Origin: Ostreococcus lucimarinus
Taxonomy: Eukaryota
Reading direction: 5' to 3' (one strand)
Assembly (NCBI GenBank): GCA_000092065.1
Contig: CP000582.1
Length of the DNA stretch: 64,000 bases
The notes under the pieces are model-generated. The model was not told the DNA's origin. It ran no database searches and saw nothing but the letters and a program-made list of their open reading frames with translations. A program made the translations under genes and the position numbers. Shown here piece after piece: positions 48,409-59,507 of the stretch; positions within the stretch are counted from its first letter, which is position 1, and every line of letters begins with the position of its first letter.

Positions 48409-49467
48409 CTACAGCACGCTCACGTCGTTCGAGACCACGACGTATGTTTCCGCACCGTTTGTCGCGTTGATGGAGCCTTTCGCATTGTTACGAAGCTCGC
48501 TCGACTCTATTTCGCCCTCGCAATCGATCAACTCCACGCCGTAACGCTTGTTACCGTTCAACGTACAGTGCCGCATGTGCACGACGACCCCTCCGCGGAT
48601 CAACGCCCCGTTGGCGTTGTTACCATCGAACGTGCACCGCTCCAACGTTGCTCGACCGCTTCCCGGCAAACCGGTCGAGTCCCCCAAACCGACGAATCCG
48701 TGCGACGCGCACCCGCTCGCGACGCAATCGACGAGCGTGACTTCCCCACCCTCCACCGCAAATCCCGAACCAGTCGTCGATTTCACCGCGCACGACTCAA
48801 ACGTCGCGCTCGAGCCCTCCACCGCGAAGACGCCGTAATTGTTCGCCACGGATTTCGACCCGTGCGCGACGTCCAAATTCTTCACCACCACCCCTCGACC
48901 GCGAATCTCCAGCACGCTCTCGTACGGATTCGACGTAAAGTGACTCAACGTCGCCCGGCCACCGTCCGCGACGTCGATCGTGAGTCCATCGACGTTCGCC
49001 GCGAACGTTCCCTCGTGCGCGCTCGCGGCGGCCAGCGTCACCGTCGACCCACTCCGCGCGTTCGCCAGCGCCTCTCGCAGCGACGCGTACGCCCGTCCGT
49101 CGACCGCGACCGTCGACGCCAAGTTTCCCGACGCCGTCGCGTCGCTCGCGTCGGCGCGCGGCGACCGGAGCGACTCGAAAACGACGACGGCGCGGACAAA
49201 GTCGCGACGGTTCAACTTCACCGCGATCGAAACCTTCGACGCGCGTTCGCATCGCGCGCGCGCGTCGCGCGCCGCTCGACCGCGCGCGGGCGTCGTCGAG
49301 CGAATCGCGCGCATCGCCCGCGCGCGCTCGGACGCGCGACGCGCGCGCGTGTGCGGCGGCGCGTTTGATCCAAACGAACGAAACCCTCGACGAGGATCGG
49401 AGATTCGCGCGCGCCGCACACGCGCGCGCGCGACGCTCGAAACCGCGCCCGAACGCCGAGAACACAT
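48409..49467 (-). CDS. Right-handed parallel beta-helix repeat protein (pectin-lyase fold, NosD/FBXO11-like), with an N-terminal presequence.
   Basis: Repeated PbH1-type turns: ...[27 protein letters not shown]...[21 protein letters not shown]...[14 protein letters not shown]. The ATG at 49465-49467 lies 8 nt from the divergent chorismate-synthase ATG; an alternative start is the ATG at 49314. Confidence 0.6.
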   Translation of the reverse strand: MCSRRSGAVSSVARARVRRARISDPRRGFRSFGSNAPPHTRARRASERARAMRAIRSTTPARGRAARDARARCERASKVSIAVKLNRRDFVRAVVVFESLRSPRADASDATASGNLASTVAVDGRAYASLREALANARSGSTVTLAAASAHEGTFAANVDGLTIDVADGGRATLSHFTSNPYESVLEIRGRGVVVKNLDVAHGSKSVANNYGVFAVEGSSATFESCAVKSTTGSGFAVEGGEVTLVDCVASGCASHGFVGLGDSTGLPGSGRATLERCTFDGNNANGALIRGGVVVHMRHCTLNGNKRYGVELIDCEGEIESSELRNNAKGSINATNGAETYVVVSNDVSVL

Positions 49468-49475
49468 CGCGCGCG

Positions 49476-50852
49476 ATGCGCACCGCGCGCGCGACGTCGA
49501 AACCGAGCGCGCGCGCGGCGCGATCGACGACGAAGTCGACTCGAACGGCGACCGGGCGGACGCGCCCCGCGCGGTGTCCCGACGCCGGCGACGCGCGTCG
49601 AGGCGCTCGAACGATCCCGCGCGCGGGAAGCACGTTTGGACGGATATTCCGCGTCACCACGTTCGGGGAATCGCACGGTGGCGGCGTTGGGTGCGTCGTG
49701 GATGGGGTGCCGCCGCGACTGCGCGTCACGCGCGAGGAGCTGCAGTTCGAGCTCGACCGGCGACGCCCGGGACAGAGCCGAATCACGACCCCGCGAAACG
49801 AAGAGGACTCGTGCGAGATACTGAGCGGGGTCGGGCTCGATGGCGTCACGCTGGGCACGCCCGTGGCGGTGCTGGTGAGGAATAAAGACCAGCGAAGCCA
49901 AGACTACGGAGAAATCGCGGTGGCGTATCGACCGTCGCACGCGGATGCGACGTATGATATGAAATACGGCGTCCGAGCGATCGCCGGTGGTGGACGAAGC
50001 AGTGCTAGAGAAACTATCGGACGCGTCGCGGCCGGTGCGATCGCGAAGAAGGTGCTCAAGGAGGTGGCGGGGACGGAAATTTTGGCGTACGTGAGCGCGG
50101 TGCGCGACGTGAAAACCACCGCGGTGAACCACGAGACTATGACGATGGATGACGTTGAGTCAAACATCGTGCGGTGCCCGGACGAGAGTTGCGCGCAAAA
50201 GATGATCGATGCGATCGATGAGGTTCGGGTGAAGGGGGACTCGTGCGGGGGCGTGGTGACGTGCGTCGTGCGCAACCCACCGCGAGGCTTGGGTGCGCCC
50301 GCGTTCGACAAGCTCGAAGCCGATTTGGCTAAGGCGATGTTGAGCTTACCGGCGACGAAAGGTTTCGAAATCGGTAGCGGTTTCGACGGCACGTTGCAAA
50401 AGGGTAGCGAGCACAACGACGAGTTTTTCATGGATAGCGAAAAGGGTTTGCGTACGCGCACGAACCGCTCCGGCGGTATCCAGGGTGGCATCTCCAACGG
50501 GGAGATGATCGAGATGAAGATTGCGTTCAAACCGACGTCGACGATCACACAGGCGCAAAATACGGTGAACCGCGATGGGGTGGAGACGGAGCTCAAGGCT
50601 CGCGGTCGACACGACCCGTGCGTGGTCCCGCGCGCGGTGCCGATGGTGGAAGCCATGGTCGCGCTCACGCTCGTGGATCACTTGATGCTTCAGCACGCAC
50701 AATGCAACTTGATCGACGCTGGAGATTTGACTGAGCTCGTTCAAGGAAACCTGCCCACTCTTTACGACCCCGAAGCCATCGCCGCTGCGGCCGCGGCGTC
50801 CAAGGCGCAAATGACCACGAAGGACATGTCTGACGCGTTCAGCGAAGATTAA
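49476..50852 (+). CDS. Chorismate synthase, plastid precursor.
   Basis: The transit peptide is followed by [27 protein letters not shown]...[14 protein letters not shown]...SARETIGRV...GGISNGE, the chorismate synthase signatures. The ORF-track start at 49365 is TTG; the first ATG is 49476. Confidence 0.9.
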   Translation: MRTARATSKPSARAARSTTKSTRTATGRTRPARCPDAGDARRGARTIPRAGSTFGRIFRVTTFGESHGGGVGCVVDGVPPRLRVTREELQFELDRRRPGQSRITTPRNEEDSCEILSGVGLDGVTLGTPVAVLVRNKDQRSQDYGEIAVAYRPSHADATYDMKYGVRAIAGGGRSSARETIGRVAAGAIAKKVLKEVAGTEILAYVSAVRDVKTTAVNHETMTMDDVESNIVRCPDESCAQKMIDAIDEVRVKGDSCGGVVTCVVRNPPRGLGAPAFDKLEADLAKAMLSLPATKGFEIGSGFDGTLQKGSEHNDEFFMDSEKGLRTRTNRSGGIQGGISNGEMIEMKIAFKPTSTITQAQNTVNRDGVETELKARGRHDPCVVPRAVPMVEAMVALTLVDHLMLQHAQCNLIDAGDLTELVQGNLPTLYDPEAIAAAAAASKAQMTTKDMSDAFSED

Positions 50853-50863
50853 CGCATGACACT

Positions 50864-50911
50864 CACGTTCATTACCACATTTGATTTCACGTTCATTACC
50901 ACATTTGATTT
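50864..50911. repeat. Perfect 24-nt tandem duplication (cacgttcattaccacatttgattt x2) in the convergent 3' intergenic region.
   Basis: Seen directly between the chorismate synthase stop (50852) and the PUF gene stop (50939). Confidence 0.85.
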
Positions 50912-50938
50912 CTATTATATCAGCTATTGATAACCCAG

Positions 50939-52975
50939 CTATTTCTTGTCCTTCTTGTCCTTCTTGTCCTTCTTGTCCTTCTTCTCTTTCTTCGCCTTCT
51001 TCTCGGTTTTTTCCTTCTTCACCTTCTTCTCGATGACTGTCTCCTTGACCGGTGGATCCTTGCGCTTCGAGCTCTTGCTCTTCGTCGGCTCATCCGCGCC
51101 GAACTCCTTCTCAAACTCACTCATCATCGTCTCTGCAGTCTTTTGCTTACTCTTCCATTGATCTGGTGCGGCTTTAAATTGCGTGACGCCGAGACGTCGC
51201 ATGAGAATCGGGCCGTGTCTCGTCGCGTTGAGCGGCCCTTCTTGTCCGGCAAGCCCGCTTAATATGAGCTCCTTACCTCGCGCGTCGGCTTCTCGATAGC
51301 ACGCTTCGAGTACATGCGAACCAACGGGCGACAGCCCGAGCTGTGCCCATCGACCGTTGAGCTTGGCGATGAATTCCTTCTTCAAGTTTTGCTTTTGCGA
51401 CGGCGACGCCAAAAACGCCTCTATCGCTCGCGATCCGGCGCTGTCCTGGCACACCTTGAAGACCTCGACGTCGGTCATGGACACCAAACTTTCAGAAAAC
51501 ATGGGCACGCAATCGGCGTTGAACTTGAACAGCGTCTGAAACATCGCGCTCCCGAGTACCGAGCATCGACCGTAATTCGGCGTGTCGAGCCAAAACAGCG
51601 CCGGCGCGAGCTGCGAACGACCTTCCTTTCGAGCCTCCATCTTGAGCGTCAGGCCTCGCGCGAGCGCCTTGGCGCTGTCCTTTTCGGCCACTTTCAATCG
51701 CGCGCACGCGGCCAACGTTGCGGCTACGACGCCCGAACGCTTTTCGTGAAGCAAAGTCCCGAACACTTGCGAGAGCTCGCCGAGCGTGCTCGAGACGTGT
51801 TCGGGATCCTTCGTCGCCGCCAATAACGCCTGAAGCACAAAGTTGGACACTGGATGTTTCGCGGTAGAAATCATCTTGTCACGGAAAAAACGTCGATATA
51901 TTTCGTTGAACAAACCTTTCGGCGCGACACCCAGGATGGCTTCCATCAAGTGCGATCCGGCGCGCGACTGCATCACATTCTTGATATCCCACTCCTGGGC
52001 GTCCGCGAGAAGTTCGCCTTCGGTCGTGCCTTCGGCGGGCGCGCAGCCGAGTAAGCCGGGTATGATCCAATTCAACGCCTCGCCATCGCCTTCGTGCGCT
52101 TTGAGCGTGGCTTGCAACAACGCGCTCCCGCACGTGTCCTCGACCAAATTCCACAACTCCTCCTCGATGGCGGCCAACATGGCGTCAGAGAACTTCCTCA
52201 GCTCCTCATTGAATCTATACGACGCGTTGTGTGAACTAGAAAATTTCCCCGCCGCGGACGTCCCTCCACGCAGCTTATCCGCCAGACTCTTACCGTCGCT
52301 TCGCGCGCCGCCGCCGCCGCCGCCGCTCGCGTTCAAATCCGCCCTTCCCGCGAGTAAAGCTAAAAATTTCCGCGCCACGGGGCTCGCGCGCTTATCGAAC
52401 GCCACATCCACCGCGTTCTCCACCAACGCGCGTCCCATGGGTTCCAACACATCCCTCCGAAACGCATCCGTCCTCGCCTCGTCCGCCTCGTTCGCGCCCT
52501 CCGTCCTCAGGTGCTTCTCCATCATCACCCCCATCGCGCTCTCCAGCACCCTCGACCCGAACAACGACTTCGCCATGACGTAATACCCCCCACCGTTCGC
52601 TTCCGTCACCTCCCCGCACCGTTTCATGAACCCCTCGACCGCCTCTCGCGTCGCTCGCGTCGCGCACGCCTCGAGCGTCCGCGAGCACCGCGCGTCCATG
52701 CTCAGCGCGCACTCCTGCCCCTCGCATCCCTCCAGCGCGTTCGACCCGATCGCGCGCGCTTCCTCCTCGATCGCGCGCGCTTCCTCCTCGTCCTCGCGCG
52801 CCGTCTCGCGCGCCCGTCGTTCGCACGCGTCCAGCGCGCGCTGAATCTCGTCGTAGTACGCCACCGCGTCCTCGTCGACGCGGTACCGCCGCCCGTCGCA
52901 TCCCTGCACGCTGCCGTCGTACCCAGACTTGGCGCGTCGCTTCTCCAGCGCGTCCTCGCGCGCGGCGTCGTCCAT
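50939..52975 (-). CDS. Pumilio-family (PUF) repeat RNA-binding protein of the nucleolar type (Nop9/PUM3-like) with a Lys-rich C-terminal tail.
   Basis: PUF-repeat signatures are present (...DSAGSRAIEAFLAS..., ...SPVGSHVLEACYRE...). The C-terminus is KKVKKEKTEKKAKKEKKDKKDKKDKKDKK. The ATG at 52973-52975 is chosen (MDDAAREDALEK); upstream ORF extension is low-complexity. An in-frame 39-nt direct duplication (EEARAIEEEARAI) lies near 52750-52800. Confidence 0.7.
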   Translation of the reverse strand: MDDAAREDALEKRRAKSGYDGSVQGCDGRRYRVDEDAVAYYDEIQRALDACERRARETAREDEEEARAIEEEARAIGSNALEGCEGQECALSMDARCSRTLEACATRATREAVEGFMKRCGEVTEANGGGYYVMAKSLFGSRVLESAMGVMMEKHLRTEGANEADEARTDAFRRDVLEPMGRALVENAVDVAFDKRASPVARKFLALLAGRADLNASGGGGGGARSDGKSLADKLRGGTSAAGKFSSSHNASYRFNEELRKFSDAMLAAIEEELWNLVEDTCGSALLQATLKAHEGDGEALNWIIPGLLGCAPAEGTTEGELLADAQEWDIKNVMQSRAGSHLMEAILGVAPKGLFNEIYRRFFRDKMISTAKHPVSNFVLQALLAATKDPEHVSSTLGELSQVFGTLLHEKRSGVVAATLAACARLKVAEKDSAKALARGLTLKMEARKEGRSQLAPALFWLDTPNYGRCSVLGSAMFQTLFKFNADCVPMFSESLVSMTDVEVFKVCQDSAGSRAIEAFLASPSQKQNLKKEFIAKLNGRWAQLGLSPVGSHVLEACYREADARGKELILSGLAGQEGPLNATRHGPILMRRLGVTQFKAAPDQWKSKQKTAETMMSEFEKEFGADEPTKSKSSKRKDPPVKETVIEKKVKKEKTEKKAKKEKKDKKDKKDKKDKK

Positions 52976-53049
52976 CGCGCGCCGTCGCGCGATGCCGCCG
53001 CGCGACGCCGCGCGCGCGGACGCGCGCCGGCGGCGCGATGGCCGACGCG

Positions 53050-53120
53050 CGATCGATCGATCGCGGACGCGCGACGTCGATCGATCGCGCGTCGATCGAC
53101 GCGCGATCGTCGATCGACGT
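53050..53120. promoter_or_regulatory. Cluster of palindromic CGATCGATCG / TCGATCGA motifs in the divergent promoter between the PUF gene and the NDH-2 gene.
   Basis: At least six copies of tcgatcga / cgatcg lie within about 70 nt (gatcgatcgatcgcggacgcgcgacgtcgatcgatcgcgcgtcgatcgacgcgcgatcgtcgatcgacg). Confidence 0.4.
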
Positions 53121-53379
53121 CGCGCGCGCTTCGAGTGTCCGAACGCGCGCGCGACGCCGTCCGCGCGATCGCAGATGGACGAAACAGCGCGCATAGTACG
53201 ACGCGATGGCGAATAAACGATGGCGCATAAACGATGCGCGCGGCACCCTCGCACACGCGGGTTTTTCACGAGGGGGGCTCCCGCGCCGCGGCAAAGCACG
53301 CCGCGGCGTCGCACGCCGACGCGCGCGCGCGACGCGCACGGCGACGCGCGACGCGCGACTCGAATTCGTCGCGCTCGCG

Positions 53380-55149
53380 ATGCCGTTCGCGTCCGTGCAG
53401 GCGTGCGCGCGCGCGCTGAGCGTCGCGGTGCGATGTAAGACGGCGTCGCTCGTGCCGAGACGCTCGCGCGCCGCGGTGACGGCGCCGGCGACGACGGGCG
53501 CGCGGCGGGGCGTGATGACGGAGGCGGTGATCGCGGACGACGTCGGCGAGGCGCGGGTGACGGCGGCGGCGGCGGGGAAGCGACGGGTGGTGGTGCTGGG
53601 GAGCGGATGGGGGGCGATTTCGTTCGTGAAGAGCCTCGACGCGAGCGGGCCGTACGACGTCACGCTGGTGTCGCCGAGGAATTATTTTTTGTACACGCCG
53701 TTGTTGCCGGGAGCGGCGACGGGGGCGGTGGAGGATCGGTCGATCGTGGAGCCGATTCGACGCCCCATCTCGAGCAAGGGGTACAGGTACTTTGAGGCGA
53801 ACGCGCTGAGCGTGGACGTGGCGAAGCGAACCGTGCGGTGCCGAGGGAGCGATCATACGTTTCAAGATGAGGAGGATCTGGCTAAGAGCCAGGCGTGGAA
53901 GGAGTTTGACTTGGAGTACGATTACTTGGTCACGGCGGTGGGGGCGGTGCCGAACACGTTTGGCGTGCCGGGGGTGCAGGAAAATTGCATGTTTTTCAAA
54001 GAGATCAACGACGCGGCGCGGTTTCGACGCGAGGTTAACGAAAGATTTGAATGTGCCACGCTTCCGGGGGTGCCGAAAGAGCGCATCCAGCAGTTGTTGC
54101 GTTTCGTTGTCATCGGCGCCGGGCCCACCGGCGTCGAGCTCGCCGCGGAGCTGTACGACTACGTGTACCAAGATGTGGCGAAGACATTCCCTCGTCGGTT
54201 GCTCGAAGACGTGAGCATCGAAATCATCGATTTACAAGAAAAGATTTTGTCGGCGTACGACAGGCGGATCGCAGAGTACGCGACGGATTTCTTTCAACGG
54301 GCCAACATCAAGTGCCTGCTCGGCGCCGCCGTTAAGGAGGTCAAGGACGGCGCCGTCGTCATCTCTGATCGTGATGGTTCGAACGTGCGCGAAGTTCCGT
54401 TCGGGCTCGCAGTTTGGTGCACGGGTATCAAGCTCAACCCGTTCTGCGAAAAGCTGATCGAGTCTTTACCCCAACAAGAAAACAAGCGTTCGTTACTCAC
54501 CGATAAGAATCTTCGAGTCAAGGGAAGCGACGGGACGATTTTTGCCTTGGGCGATTGCGCCACGATCGAACGTCCGCGCTCGCTCGCCAAAGCGGAAGAA
54601 CTCTATCGAGAAGCGGCGCGATGCACCCCAGAAGGTGACTGCGAAATCGATCTCAGCAAGGACGGCGTGAAGAAGGCGTTGAAGTACGGCTTCGACGAGT
54701 TTCCGCACTTGGAAGAAATTTACAACCGCGTGGATGATGTTTTCACTACGTTCACGGGTGGTAGTGATCGTATGTCTTTCCCCGAGTTCCGTGTCATGCT
54801 CGAAGACGTTGACAAAGGCCTTCGCGCTTTGCCGGCGACGGCGCAGGTAGCTAAGCAAGAGGGCCAGTACCTTGCTCAGTATTTCAACACTTGCGCGGGG
54901 GATGAGGATAAAATCAAACAAGGTGACGCGCGATTCGATTACGTGCACAAAGGTTCGCTCGCGTACATCGGCAAGGACGCGGCTGTCGCTGATATTCCCG
55001 GTTTCGCCATCGTAAAGGGCTTTGCTGCCGGTTTGATTTGGAAATCGTTTGAGACAGTTTCCCAGGTTTCCCCGCGCAACGTTCTTCTCGTCGCCGCCGA
55101 CATGATCAGAACCAAGATCTTTGGTCGCGACATTTCGCGCATCAACTAA
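53380..55149 (+). CDS. Type II NAD(P)H dehydrogenase (alternative NADH:quinone oxidoreductase, NDB-like with a putative EF-hand insert), with an organellar presequence.
   Basis: Contains the Rossmann motifs VVVLGSGWGAISF and VVIGAGPTGVELAAEL, plus an insert DLSKDGVKKALKYGFDEF...FTGGSDRMSFPEF that is EF-hand-like. An in-frame upstream ATG lies at 53206 (MANKRW...); the choice of 53380 is uncertain. Confidence 0.85.
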   Translation: MPFASVQACARALSVAVRCKTASLVPRRSRAAVTAPATTGARRGVMTEAVIADDVGEARVTAAAAGKRRVVVLGSGWGAISFVKSLDASGPYDVTLVSPRNYFLYTPLLPGAATGAVEDRSIVEPIRRPISSKGYRYFEANALSVDVAKRTVRCRGSDHTFQDEEDLAKSQAWKEFDLEYDYLVTAVGAVPNTFGVPGVQENCMFFKEINDAARFRREVNERFECATLPGVPKERIQQLLRFVVIGAGPTGVELAAELYDYVYQDVAKTFPRRLLEDVSIEIIDLQEKILSAYDRRIAEYATDFFQRANIKCLLGAAVKEVKDGAVVISDRDGSNVREVPFGLAVWCTGIKLNPFCEKLIESLPQQENKRSLLTDKNLRVKGSDGTIFALGDCATIERPRSLAKAEELYREAARCTPEGDCEIDLSKDGVKKALKYGFDEFPHLEEIYNRVDDVFTTFTGGSDRMSFPEFRVMLEDVDKGLRALPATAQVAKQEGQYLAQYFNTCAGDEDKIKQGDARFDYVHKGSLAYIGKDAAVADIPGFAIVKGFAAGLIWKSFETVSQVSPRNVLLVAADMIRTKIFGRDISRIN

Positions 55150-55340
55150 ACAGTCAAGCTTCGCATCAATAGCATTTAAGCGAAGTGATTTAAGCCGCTC
55201 ACTACAGCATCATACTGTACTCGTGTTGAAATGAAATCTCATCGTACTTCACGCGTCGCTCGCCGCTAACTTGTTTTTTTAGAAAGATGGTTGGAAAAGA
55301 TGTTTGGTTTCTTATTACTGTAGCCAACGACATAAATGTC

Positions 55341-58300
55341 TCATGCGGCCGCACGGCGCGATCGTCGCGGCGGACTTGTCGGTGGCGTCGCAACCTTGGG
55401 TAAATCGGGCGCAACGTTTTCTTGCTCATCGGAAGTCTTGCTGTCTGTTCGGACAATTTCCGATGGAATTTCCTCGTCGTTGTCCACTGTTTGAGGTTTT
55501 TCCTCGCTAGGTTCTTCTTCCTCTTTCTTAATTTCTGCAACAACAGTCTCTTCTTTACCCTCAGCTCGCGCCGACACGTTGTATGCTGCCGCTCGTTCGA
55601 CGTGCGCGTCGTTAAGCCTAGTCTCGAAAGCCTCCACAAACTGTTTTGCTTCGGGCTTTGCCGCGCGCTTCTGCTTGTGACACATCGCGATGAAGCACGC
55701 ATGTACTTCGTGATCATACAAGGCAGCATCGTACTGCTTCCAACTCTCTGTGAACTTCTTGAAAGCACGCTCGCTGAGGTTGAGTTGCGAGATGCAAAAG
55801 GCGATATCGCGCGCAGGTTTCGGTGTTTCAGCCAAACACGCCTCGGCAAATCTCGCGCACATCTTTTCGCATATTGCTTCAGCCTGACGCTCCTTGTCAA
55901 TGAACCCGACGAGACGAGTCATGATGCGCTTGAAAGCGTCCGGAGAAATATCTTCGTCGGAGGACAGCCTAGACAATAAATCTGTCAGCAAGTTGTAAAT
56001 CGGATTACCGTGCTTCTGAGAGAGTTCGTGGAAGAACAGCTTTGCCACGCCGGCGACTCGGGGGTCGACATCCTCCAGACATCGAGCCATCTCGCTGATA
56101 TGACCCTTGACTTTCATCATATCGTTCAAAACCAAATGGGACAACATCGTGATGGCGTGTTGTCGAACGCTTGCGTCGGTGTCGTGCAACGAGTTGCCCC
56201 ATTCCTTGATACCGTACAAGTGTTCAGTCCACGGCTCGACGGCGTTGGGGAATCGGAACGCCAGATCACCAAGGGCGACAAGAAGCGCGGAGCGAGTACC
56301 CTTGTCGGACTCGACTTTGAGACGAGTAAAGATCAATTTGAGATGATCCTCGCAGAATTTGGCGTCCAAAACCATGAAGCGCGTAAGCGCGGCGAGCGCA
56401 GCGCCGCGCAAAAGTTCGGGCCCTTGCACCACTGCTGGGTGAGAGCAAAGCTGCACGACAAATGGAGCATATATGGCGACGAGCCCACGCGCAGCGCCCT
56501 TTTTCGTGGCGAGAAGCTCAGCTTCGGCCTTTTCTCGAGTGGCGTCTAACAAGAGATCCTCTGCGACGGCACCTTCGCCCATGGCGGCGGCGAGATCGTT
56601 GTCACCCGAGTCACCTTTTTCCTTTGCCTCGGCCGCCTCGCGGTCACGAACGACTCTGGCTTGACGAACGGAGCGCGCGAGCTTTTCGATGTGTACCAAG
56701 TGTTTCAGTGAAACCTCGCCGAGAACGAACAAGAACCGTGCCAACACAGCAGTAGGTATTTTGTCCATAGAGTTGCCATTGAACGTAGCAACGGCGAACG
56801 CCTTGATGACTTCCGAAGACGCATGCTCAGGGTCGGGATGGAGCGAATAGAGAGCCGAAATCGCTTGTTCGGCGGATGGAAACCACGCGCGACCCGCGAG
56901 CGGAGCGGCCGGATGAAGCACCTTGGCAAGCTCAGCGAATACCGGGTGGCTGAGCTCCAAAGGCTCGCCATCCTTTCCTCGGACCACCGTGAGCGCGCAG
57001 CACGCGGCTCGGCACAGTGTTGGAGATTTCTTTTCGCCCGATAGCGCAGCCTCGATCGCGGCGCACACAGTTCCGAGATGTCCCCGCACGATTTCAGGAC
57101 TCGTACGAGCGCACATCGTGAGTACATTAAGCGCCGCGGCCTTGCGGTTATTCGAACATTCATCACTCGATACATTTGACCACAAAGTCTTCATCACCGC
57201 GCCAGTCGGCGGCAATCGACCCGATAAGACGAGCGCCTTCAGGACATCTTCAAGCGACGCTAGTTCACCTAGTGCGGCTGTGGCAGCGAGTTCGCTCAAG
57301 CCCGCTGCTGCGAGCATCGGGCTCTCGGCGTTCGAAAGATACAACACATCCACAGCTTCGACAACGGCGTCTTTGATGGCTTGATCGCGAGAGAAGATGA
57401 GGCCGAGCAATCGTCGAACACCTTCGGTAGAACCATCGACATTAAATTGACGCATGCGAACGAGTAAGCCAATAGCTTCGGTGACGTCGGAGGCGACAGA
57501 GGAAGTGAGGAGATTGCTCAAGTTTGCCACCGTGCCAGAGAGTTGCACCGTGAACCCGAGGGCGGTTTTCAGCGCCGCAACCATGGTGCGAACTGCTTCG
57601 AGACCGCCATTGAGATGGATTGCGGCGTTCGCATCGCCTTCTTGTTGTTTCGGAGGTTCCTGCGATCCGTCCTCGGTGTTCGATTCTTTGCCTTCGGCGC
57701 TCTCCTCGGGCGTTTCTTCTTCGGGCGGAGTCATCGACGCGAGCTTGGCTTCGTAATCCTTCAACGATTCAGCAAACGTCGCGCTCGGAAGTTGCGGAGC
57801 GAAAGGGTTGAACCCCAAAAGCGATGCAAGTAGACCCATAGCCGCCTTGCGCACGAGTGCGCCCTTGTCGTGCAGTCGCCCGATTGCGAGGTCCGTGACG
57901 ACGAGCCAGTGCGACAACGGAATCGCCTTGGCTTCAGCCATGGTCGCCCACGTGTTCAATACTCGTGCTCGCGTAAACGCACTCGTATCGTGTACACGCT
58001 CGACGAGTAGATCTAAGAACCCTTGTTTCGTGCGTAGAAGTGGCGCAGTGCTGTTGTCGTGATGATCGCTCACCGCAACGACATCCTTCTGCGAAATCAA
58101 GAGGTGTCCCAATACAGAGACTATCGCAGAACGCAAAGAGTACGCTTCGCCATCCAAATGAGGCATGAGCACGGACATGTTCGTCATCGTCGTCTTTGGC
58201 ATACGTTCTGCGATTTCACTGAGGAAAGCACCGACACAACGCACGCCGACAGCGTCGCTGGCTTGCTGCAGCTTGTAATCATGAGGATCGACGCGCCCAA

Positions 58301-58965
58301 CCTCGCGAATAAGTGCCGCCGCGAGGTGCGCGTTTTCAAATCTATCAGCCGCCGCGCTCGCGAGTTCCGCGATTGGGCCGGACAAATGCTCGCACTTGTT
58401 CAGTAGATGAATCAACGCTGTGGTTACTTGCTCGAGCTGGCCCCACTTGAGCGCACAAGAGCCCATCATTTCAAACGCCGCGCGCTTCGTCACTTTGCTC
58501 TTCAACGCCGCGGGATTTTCGAGCAACATCGACCCGAGACGCACAAACAACCTCAAGAAGTCCTCCTCGGGCTGCTTCGGACGGAATACCTGCCACAAAT
58601 CGATGTCCAAGGCACCAGCCATGACGTGCACGATGCGCTCACGCTGTTCGTCCCACGCCCACTCCGCCAACTTTGCCTTATTCGTCTGCTTCTTCTTCCC
58701 CTTGGCGCCAGGCGCGGGCTTTTGCGCGCACGCCATCGCGGCGCACTCCTTCGATTCTTTTTCGCACACCTCGCACACGTGGAATATAAACGTTGCGTAC
58801 GCCTTCAACGCCTGTCGATACCCAAACATCGTCTCCGCGTGCGCCTCATCCGCGCTCGCGCCGCTCACCACCGCCGCCGTCACGCTCGCGCTCAACACGC
58901 TCAAATTCGAACACAACGCATCGATCAAGCGCATGCGTTCGATCGGCGTCAACTCGATGAAATCT
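55341..58965 (-). CDS. Condensin complex subunit 1 (CAP-D2/Cnd1 family), main exon.
   Basis: HEAT-repeat protein. The conserved Cnd1 C-domain is LVALGDLAFRFPNAVEPWTEHLYGIKEWGNSLHDTDASVRQHAITMLSHLVLNDMMKVKGHISEMARCLEDVDPRVAGVAKLFFHELSQKHGNPIYNLL (human NCAPD2: ...GDLAIRFPNLVDPWTPHLYARLRDPAQQVRKTAGLVMTHLILKDMVKVKGQVSEMA...). Confidence 0.85.
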
Positions 58966-59108
58966 CTGCGTTCGCGCACCATCGTCAGTCTCCGACCGCG
59001 CCCTCATCGTTTCGTCGCGCGCTCGCGCGGGCGCGCTTCGCTCGCCCCGGAATCAAAGTTCGTTGAAAACGGCCCACGCGTCGCATCGTATTCCTTCGCT
59101 CCGCGCAC

Positions 59109-59371
59109 CTGCACAGCGCGTACGCCCCCCCGAACGCGTTCAAATCGTTCACCAACGTCTCGGCTTCGCCATCGCACAGGATGCGGACGACGTCATCGAC
59201 CGCGTCGGCGCGTTCGGACGGATCGCACGACGCGACGTCGAGGCTGGCGTCGCGCGCGATGACGATGCGTCGTCGTCCGTCGCGCGCGCGGGCGTCGTCG
59301 TCGTCGGCGTCGACGCAGAGGTCGGCGAAGGCGTCGGGAACGACGAATTCTCGCGCGAGGTCGAGGGCCAT
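59109..59371 (-). CDS. Condensin subunit 1, putative 5' exon (MALDLAREFVVPDAFADLCVDADDDD...LVNDLNAFGGAYALC + 2 nt).
   Basis: The donor CAG|GTGCGCGGAG lies at 59108. The 143-nt intron 58966..59108 ends with GAGACTGACGATGGTGCGCGAACGCAG. The ORF-track ATG (58982) lies inside that branch-site/acceptor sequence. The splice restores frame into DFIELTPIERMRLIDAL and adds an N-terminal region (FxxP...L) comparable to the CAP-D2 N-terminus. Confidence 0.55.
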
Positions 59372-59507
59372 CGCGGCGCGGGGACGCGCGTGGGTGTGAG
59401 GGAGGTGGCGGGCGAGCGAGCTTTTGGTTCCCCCGCCGCGCGCGCGAGGGCGAAGGCGCGAGGGGTGATTGCGGATGAATTCAATTAAAGATTGAGACCG
59501 CGCGCGT

